NCBI GenBank assembly: GCA_028706585.1
Contig: JAQTVX010000002.1
Coordinates: 1-29,427 of the forward strand
DNA from: Candidatus Krumholzibacteriia bacterium
GTDB taxonomy: Bacteria; Krumholzibacteriota; Krumholzibacteriia; Krumholzibacteriales; Krumholzibacteriaceae
Direction of reading: 5' to 3'
DNA length: 29,427 nucleotides
The notes under the pieces were generated by a model that saw nothing but the letters and a program-made list of their open reading frames with translations, had not been told where the DNA came from and made no database searches. The position numbers and the translations under genes were made by a program. Positions 23,861-29,427 of this stretch are shown one piece after another (the first letter of the stretch is position 1; each line of letters starts with the position of its first letter).

Positions 23861-25655
23861 ATACCTTCCTTGCCATTCTCTTTCCAATTCCGGGAACGCG
23901 GGCAATTTCATCTATGGATGCCGTGATGATCCCTTCCAGATCCCCGAATCGGACAAGGAGCGCGGTCTTCCTGGCAGGCCCGATTCCGGGGACATCGTCC
24001 AGCGCCGAGTTCCGCATGTTTCTGCCCCTCAGCTTGCGGTGATATTCTATCGCAAAGCGATGTGCTTCATCCCGCACTCTCTGCAGAAGTCTCAGTGCGC
24101 CGCTTCTTCGCACGAGCCTTAGCGGTTCCCGTCTGCCCTCGACATATATCTCCTCATTCTTCTTTGCAAGACCGATGACGGGGATTCCGGTGATGCCGAT
24201 CTCTGCCATCGCTTCGCTGACCGCTGAAACCTGCCCCATTCCTCCATCGACCATGATCAAGTCGGGGTGCCGTTCCTTTCCTTCGTTCAGGCGGGCGAGA
24301 CGCCTGGAGAGAACCTCACGCATCATCGCGCAATCGTCTGGCCTCTGAAGCCCCCGTATCTTGAAACGCCGGTAGCCCGCTTTGTATGGAGCCCCACGCT
24401 CGAAGGTGACCATCGATGCCACGGCCTCGGCCCCCTGGATGTTCGATATATCGTATGCCTCTATCCTGACCGGGGTGGAGCGTATGCCGAGAGCCTCCTT
24501 GAGTTCGCGCAAAACAGGCAGCGATGCTCCCTTGATACGCGCCTCGGAGACAAGGAGGAGACTGGCGTTCCTGCGAGCGAGGTCGAGGAGCGAGCGCTTG
24601 TCCCCCTTCCTGGGTGTGGAGATCCTAACACGCCGGCCGGATTTCCCGCTCAGCCACTCGGCCGCGAGTCTCGCGTCGCTCATGGAGCAGGAGATGCGGA
24701 TGAGCGGAGGAATATCCGTCGCTGAATGATAATAGAGCTCGAAAAACGCGGTGAACACATCCATGTCCTTCTCTGACGCATCAGCCGGGATAAAGAACGA
24801 TTCCCTTCCGAGGATGGCGCCATCGCGAACCTTTATCACGACCCCGCAGGACATGTCGCTCTCGCGTGAGAGCGCGACGAAATCCTCATCTCCCCCACCG
24901 GGAATTGCAGCCCTCTGCCTCTCGAATACCCTATCCAGCGCGTCCATCTGGTCGCGCGCCGCCGCCGCCTCCTCGTATCGCTTTTTCCCGGCAAGGCGCC
25001 ACATGCTTTCACGGATGGATTCGCCGATTCTCTCGCCTTTCCCTCTCAGAAACAGCCTCACATGCTCGACTATCTCCGCGTATTCTTCCTCGCCGATCGC
25101 TCCCGTGCATGGCGCTCGACATCGGCCAATCTGGAAGTTAAGGCACGCACGGCCCGGGAACCTGCCGGGCCGTGCGCCGACGCAATCGCGCAGTGGAAAT
25201 ATGGCCTTGATCGTCCGCATCATGCGGCGCAGCGCGTTCGTGTCGGTATACGGCCCGTAGTATTCGGCGCCGTCTCTCTGCATGCTCCGCACCAGCGTAA
25301 GCCTGGGAAAAGGCTCCTTGGTCGTTATTTTGAGATACGGGTATCTCTTGTCATCCTTGAGCCTGATATTGTAGCGTGGGCGGTGCTCCTTGATGAGCGT
25401 GCATTCGAGCACAAGGGCCTCGACTTCGGTGTTGGTGGCGATGTACTCCACCGTCTCCGCCCCTCTCATCAAGGCCATAGTTTTCGCATCCAGCGCCGCC
25501 CGGTTCTGCATGTAACTCTTTATGCGCACCGACAGCCTTTTCGCCTTCCCGACATAGATAACGCGGCCCTTTTTGTTCTTCATGAAATAGACGCCCGGAG
25601 AGTCAGGGAAGCCCGCCGCCTTTTCTTTGAGCCGCCGCGCATGCGCACTTGACAT
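23838..25655 (-). CDS. uvrC: Excinuclease ABC subunit C
   Basis: GIY-YIG domain (PGVYFM...IYVGKAK.L..RIKSY), RYNIRLKDDKRYPY, Cys-rich CLNFQIGRCRAPC, UVR domain, RIEAYDISN, PDLIMVDGG.GQ, RDEAHRFAI and two HhH GIG motifs. Confidence 0.97.
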   Translation of the reverse strand: MSSAHARRLKEKAAGFPDSPGVYFMKNKKGRVIYVGKAKRLSVRIKSYMQNRAALDAKTMALMRGAETVEYIATNTEVEALVLECTLIKEHRPRYNIRLKDDKRYPYLKITTKEPFPRLTLVRSMQRDGAEYYGPYTDTNALRRMMRTIKAIFPLRDCVGARPGRFPGRACLNFQIGRCRAPCTGAIGEEEYAEIVEHVRLFLRGKGERIGESIRESMWRLAGKKRYEEAAAARDQMDALDRVFERQRAAIPGGGDEDFVALSRESDMSCGVVIKVRDGAILGRESFFIPADASEKDMDVFTAFFELYYHSATDIPPLIRISCSMSDARLAAEWLSGKSGRRVRISTPRKGDKRSLLDLARRNASLLLVSEARIKGASLPVLRELKEALGIRSTPVRIEAYDISNIQGAEAVASMVTFERGAPYKAGYRRFKIRGLQRPDDCAMMREVLSRRLARLNEGKERHPDLIMVDGGMGQVSAVSEAMAEIGITGIPVIGLAKKNEEIYVEGRREPLRLVRRSGALRLLQRVRDEAHRFAIEYHRKLRGRNMRNSALDDVPGIGPARKTALLVRFGDLEGIITASIDEIARVPGIGKRMARKVYESLHKE

Positions 25656-25677
25656 CGAATCACCCTTTGAGTATGTT
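25649..25677 (+). promoter_or_regulatory. sigma70-like promoter for rpsT, overlapping the uvrC start codon
   Basis: Plus strand TTGACA (25649-25654), 17 bp, TATGTT (25672-25677). The -35 box is the reverse complement of uvrC codons 1-3. Confidence 0.75.
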
Positions 25678-25702
25678 ATCGCTTCACGGAGGTGAAGAAT
25701 AA

Positions 25703-25954
25703 ATGCCGACCCACAAATCAGCGGAAAAGCGGATGCGCCAGAACGAGCGCAGGCGCCTCGCGAACAAGGCGCGCCGGACTTCCCTGCGGAAAGCGATCAA
25801 GTCGTATCGGGAACTCACTGACGGCGAAGCATCGAAAGCGCAGCATCCGCGCATCGAATCGACCATAGACAGAGCGGCCAAGAAGGGAATCATCCACCAT
25901 AAGAAGGCCTCGCGCCTCAAATCGCGGCTTTCCCGGAAGACAGCCAGCGCTTAG
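25703..25954 (+). CDS. rpsT: 30S ribosomal protein S20
   Basis: Basic 83-aa ORF MPTHKSAEKRMRQNERRRLAN...S.IDRAAKKGIIHHKKASRLKSRL with SD GGAGGTG. It is the only supported plus-strand gene. Confidence 0.96.
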   Translation: MPTHKSAEKRMRQNERRRLANKARRTSLRKAIKSYRELTDGEASKAQHPRIESTIDRAAKKGIIHHKKASRLKSRLSRKTASA

Positions 25955-27654
25955 GTCTTGATCCGTTCCATGGTTCTTTCAACGGCCTCTGCAACTGGTA
26001 TCTCCTCCACCCGTCTGCTCGAGCGGTGAAGGAGTTCCACCATCCCATCCTTGAGCTTCTTCCCGATGGTCAAGCGGTACGGAATCCCGACGAGATCGGC
26101 ATCCTTGAATTTTATGCCGGGGCTCAGGTCCCTGTCGTCCAGCAGCGTCTCTATGCCGCACCGCTCGAATTCTTCCTCAAGGCGATATGCCGTATCCCTG
26201 ATCTCCGCGTCATTGCTGTTTACCGGCAGGACGATCAGGGGCATCGGCGCTATTGACTGCGGCCAGACGATTCCATCCTTGTCGTGGAGCTGCTCGATCG
26301 CCGCCGCCACCATTCGTGAGATTCCGAAACCGTAGCACCCCATGATAAAGGGATGGCTCTTCCCCGCTTCATCCAGAAATTCCGCGTTCATCGCCCGTGA
26401 GTACTTCGTTCCGAGCTTGAAGATATGCCCCACCTCGAGACCGTTGCTCTTGGTCAACGGCGCGCCGCACTTCGGGCAGAGATCCCCCTCCCGCGCCCAA
26501 ACGAGATCCTCGAATTTGGCGATGGTGAAATCGCGTCCGGCCTTAACGCCTCTCAAGTGCGTATCCGCCTCATTCGCGCCCACGATCATCGAATCGTAGC
26601 CCTTCACCAGGTTATCGGCGTACACCGCCGTTTCCGCACTCAGACCGACCGGTCCAGAAAAACCCACGGGCCCGCCCGTTAGACGCTTGATTTCTCCGTC
26701 ATCCAGAAAGCGCACCTGCTCGCCGTCGAACATCCGTACGAGCTTTATATCGTTCAGCTCGCGATCCCCCGGAATCAAAATCGCGACGTCGCGATCCCCC
26801 GCCCGATAGAGAAGGGTTTTCACGACCTCACGCGGCGTCACGGAAAGAAATCCCGACACCTGTTCGACCGTCGTCATGCCGGGCGTGTGAACCCGCTCGA
26901 ACGCGCCTGCGGATCGGGCGCCGCGCGGCGTCTCGAGTTCGCGGCCGGCCGCTCGTTCGATATTCACGGCGTATCCGCATGAGCAGCTCAGGATCGTCGA
27001 TTCCCCGCTTCCGGCGAGCACGACGAATTCGTGCGACTCGTCCCCTCCGATGTATCCGGAGTCAGCCTCCACTATGCGGTACGACAAGCCGCATCGCTCG
27101 ATGATCCTCCGGTATGCGCCCTCCATGGCGCGATAGGTTTCGTCGAGGGATTCGGCGCTCTGATGAAAGCTGTATGCATCCTTCATGATGAATTCGCGCG
27201 CCCTAACGACGCCGTAGCGCGGACGGATTTCATCTCTGAACTTGATCAGAATCTGATACAGGCACTGCGGGAGGGTTCGGTAGCTCTTCATATCATCCCG
27301 CGCGATCATCGTGATGACTTCCTCATGCGTCGGCCCGAGCGCGAACGTGCGCTGTCGTCCATCCTGGAGCTTGAACAGCTCCGGGCCGAAGCTTCCGAGC
27401 CTCCCGGACTCCTCGTAAATCTCGATTGGATGCAACACCGGCATGAGCACTTCCTGGCATCCTATCGCGTCCATCTCCTCTCTCACGATCCCTTCGATCT
27501 TCTTGATGACCTTGAATCCAAGCGGCAGGAACGTGTAGACCCCGGACGTCAGCTTGCGAATGAGCCCGGCTCTCAACATCAGGCGGTGGCTTGGAATCTC
27601 GGCCTCCGCGGGATTCTCCTTGAACGTCGGTATACAGCTTTTTGACCAGCGCAT
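25951..27654 (-). CDS. proS: Proline--tRNA ligase (bacterial type with editing insertion domain)
   Basis: SHRLMLRAGLIRK..SGVY, LGPTHEEVIT, KFRDE.RPR.G..R.REF.MKD.YS, INS domain (VHTPG..T.EQV...KTLLY), EVGHIFKLG.KYS, MGCYGFGISR, and an anticodon-binding domain ending KFKDADLVG.P. The start is probably ATG 27654 after GAGGG. Confidence 0.97.
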   Translation of the reverse strand: MRWSKSCIPTFKENPAEAEIPSHRLMLRAGLIRKLTSGVYTFLPLGFKVIKKIEGIVREEMDAIGCQEVLMPVLHPIEIYEESGRLGSFGPELFKLQDGRQRTFALGPTHEEVITMIARDDMKSYRTLPQCLYQILIKFRDEIRPRYGVVRAREFIMKDAYSFHQSAESLDETYRAMEGAYRRIIERCGLSYRIVEADSGYIGGDESHEFVVLAGSGESTILSCSCGYAVNIERAAGRELETPRGARSAGAFERVHTPGMTTVEQVSGFLSVTPREVVKTLLYRAGDRDVAILIPGDRELNDIKLVRMFDGEQVRFLDDGEIKRLTGGPVGFSGPVGLSAETAVYADNLVKGYDSMIVGANEADTHLRGVKAGRDFTIAKFEDLVWAREGDLCPKCGAPLTKSNGLEVGHIFKLGTKYSRAMNAEFLDEAGKSHPFIMGCYGFGISRMVAAAIEQLHDKDGIVWPQSIAPMPLIVLPVNSNDAEIRDTAYRLEEEFERCGIETLLDDRDLSPGIKFKDADLVGIPYRLTIGKKLKDGMVELLHRSSRRVEEIPVAEAVERTMERIKT

Positions 27655-27707
27655 CGCGCCCTCTTCTTCCTGGATACGAAACCGATTCTCACTCAAATAT
27701 CGTTAGT

Positions 27708-27736
27708 ATACTACGCAAGGTTCGGAGGGAAGGCAA
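27708..27736 (-). promoter_or_regulatory. sigma70-like promoter for proS
   Basis: Minus strand TTGCCT (27736-27731), 17 bp, TAGTAT (27713-27708). Confidence 0.6.
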
Positions 27737-27773
27737 GTTGGAAGTGCGGTCCGAATGGGGATCTGAATGCGCC

Positions 27774-29427
27774 CTAGAAATTGAAGCCAATGAAGAAATC
27801 GGCGCGAATATCGTTGTCGACTTTCTTGAAATCGGTAACCCGGCTGAAGTTCACCCTGATGACCGGCAGATATCCCAGGTTCATCTCGATCCCGGTTCCA
27901 AAACTCCCGCGCCAGTTCGAATCGTAGATGAACCCATCTACCCTGCCCGCGTCGACGAACAGCGAGCCGCGGAACAGAGGAAACTCTATCAATCCGACTG
28001 GGAATTTCAGCACGAATCGATCGATGAGCGGAAATCGCAGCTCCCCATTGAGAAGAAGCGTTCGCTTGCCGGCGAACTGCCGGAACTCGTATCCGTGTAG
28101 ATCCCAAGAACCACCCAGGTAGAAGAGCTGGAGGTCGCTCCCCCACGCGTTGCGGCTCACAAATCGCTGCGCGAACACTATGCGGTTGGTGACCGTGATG
28201 TAGTTTCGCACGTCGACTTGCAGGGTTGTGCTCTCGTAGCGGTTTCCCTCGAGATCCATCGTCTTGCCGAGAGCTACGTTCAGGCGCCTTCCATTGAGCG
28301 GACCCCCGACGTACCAAACGATGTTATCGGCGGTGAACGATAAGTAATTCGACAACAGCCAGCTGGCTCCTTCGTTCAGACCGAGGTAGGTGACATCGTC
28401 GTCGCGTTCCAGTTTCTTGATGACCGTCGTCAGCTCGACTCGATTGAACGCCGAAAACGGATATATGAGCCCGCCCATAATCCCGTATCGCCGCTCGTAT
28501 CTCAGCAGGTCGTACGAGTTCCCGACATAGCTCGCAAGGTGAAAGGCGCCGATCGCGTAATTGAGCCTGTGCGAGAGATTGACGTATGTGACGGCCGCGT
28601 TTATCTGCTTCCAGAAGGAGTCGAAGTTGTTTGATGCGCTCCCGAGCAAAGCAGCGATCTCGTGATTGCCGAGCATGTCGGTGAAAAATATCTGCGCACC
28701 GCCTCCCGTGTCGCCGTAATCGGGATCCACCGAAAAGGTCGCCCCGATAAGATCGATCCCGAACTTCTCCCTGTACTCCTTCTCCGCGATCCTGACCCCG
28801 CTGTCCGGAAGCGTCGGTTCCCATTGGCCCGTTGCGCAGGCAAAAGGTGCCATCTCGACGGTCGGAGCTTCCTGCTTCAACGACGCACGGTAGCATCGGT
28901 AAGCACCGCCGCTGTATCCCGCGCAGACGAAGGATCTTCCGCTATCGCATGGGCAGGGACAGAAGGCGCCGCCCAGAACGGCGGTCTGCCGCGTGAGAGC
29001 ACCATCCCGCATTACATAGATATCTGGTGCGCCCTCCCGATCCGACGAGAAGATGATGCCGTCCCCTTTCGGCAGCCAGCGCGGATCGATGTCGCGCGTT
29101 TCGCCTCCGCTCAGAGGCACGATTTCGCGCGTCTCGGTATCGATTGTGCATAACGAATAGTAATCCGCACGATTCCCGCTGCAGCGGTCCGAGCTGAACA
29201 CGAGGAGGTTTTTCGATGGGTGCCAATCGGGGCTCACATCGTCGTAGTAAGCATCGGTGAGGCGCTCGTAGGAGTCGCTCGCGAGATCGTAAACGAAGAG
29301 GTCCGATTTTCCGAAACCATCCATGGCCGAGAAGGCGACTGAGCGTCCATCGGGAGAAAGCGTCGGTGAGCTCAGCACTCGAGCGACCGGAATGGAGAAT
29401 TTCTTGATAATGCGCCTGCGCGCCACA
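27774..29427 (-). CDS. PD40/WD40-like beta-propeller + Omp85 (BamA/TamA superfamily) barrel protein, C-terminal part (N-terminus beyond the right edge)
   Basis: TolB-like repeats (PTLSPDGRSVAF, PDWHPSKNLLVFSSDR, PRWLPKGDGIIFSSDREG), then amphipathic strands with Omp85 motifs FYLGG...GY, NGELRFP and FVDAG, ending in an aromatic beta-signal FFIGFNF. The track's M is not the true start. Confidence 0.8.
   Translation of the reverse strand, partial: VARRRIIKKFSIPVARVLSSPTLSPDGRSVAFSAMDGFGKSDLFVYDLASDSYERLTDAYYDDVSPDWHPSKNLLVFSSDRCSGNRADYYSLCTIDTETREIVPLSGGETRDIDPRWLPKGDGIIFSSDREGAPDIYVMRDGALTRQTAVLGGAFCPCPCDSGRSFVCAGYSGGAYRCYRASLKQEAPTVEMAPFACATGQWEPTLPDSGVRIAEKEYREKFGIDLIGATFSVDPDYGDTGGGAQIFFTDMLGNHEIAALLGSASNNFDSFWKQINAAVTYVNLSHRLNYAIGAFHLASYVGNSYDLLRYERRYGIMGGLIYPFSAFNRVELTTVIKKLERDDDVTYLGLNEGASWLLSNYLSFTADNIVWYVGGPLNGRRLNVALGKTMDLEGNRYESTTLQVDVRNYITVTNRIVFAQRFVSRNAWGSDLQLFYLGGSWDLHGYEFRQFAGKRTLLLNGELRFPLIDRFVLKFPVGLIEFPLFRGSLFVDAGRVDGFIYDSNWRGSFGTGIEMNLGYLPVIRVNFSRVTDFKKVDNDIRADFFIGFNF

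Noticed and set aside
1-29427. Upstream-extended starts in the ORF track (DUF512, miaA, SPOR, cmk, scpA, scpB, xerD, proS)
   Set aside because: The extensions overlap neighbouring genes, the tRNA or promoters and lack homology. Downstream ATGs with better RBS or gene-overlap context were used.
1-29427. CRISPR array, IS element, defence or toxin system, rRNA
   Set aside because: I saw no regularly spaced repeats, transposase or nuclease-effector motifs, or rRNA-like sequence. Intergenic gaps are all under about 130 nt.

Overview
A gene-dense housekeeping region, GC-rich by eye, from a diderm bacterium. The lineage is not determined; an FCB-like candidate phylum is only a guess. Almost everything runs on the minus strand, in this order of transcription: WD40/PD40-Omp85 (partial) > proS > [rpsT on +] > uvrC > xerD > scpA > scpB > rluB > hisC-like aminotransferase > cmk-plsC fusion > ispH > rpsA > mtaB > miaB > TPR-SPOR protein > mutS > multi-GAF signalling protein > mutL > miaA > tRNA-Gly(CCC) > DUF512-type radical SAM > der > plsY > gpsA (partial). 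I found no CRISPR array, transposase, prophage or defence island. Six sigma70-like promoters with 17-bp spacers and two terminator-like hairpins can be read directly from the short intergenic gaps. The best candidates for undescribed biology are four. (1) A 761-aa protein between mutS and mutL with a degenerate Rossmann-like N-terminus, tandem GAF domains and a catalytically dead GGDEF domain that keeps the RxxD site, i.e. a possible c-di-GMP receptor. (2) An orphan DUF512-type radical SAM enzyme placed behind a tRNA and its terminator. (3) rpsT sitting antisense inside the minus-strand gene run with no room for terminators, a possible non-contiguous operon. (4) An Omp85 barrel with His in place of the conserved loop-6 Arg. 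All family assignments come from motif recognition, not database searches.
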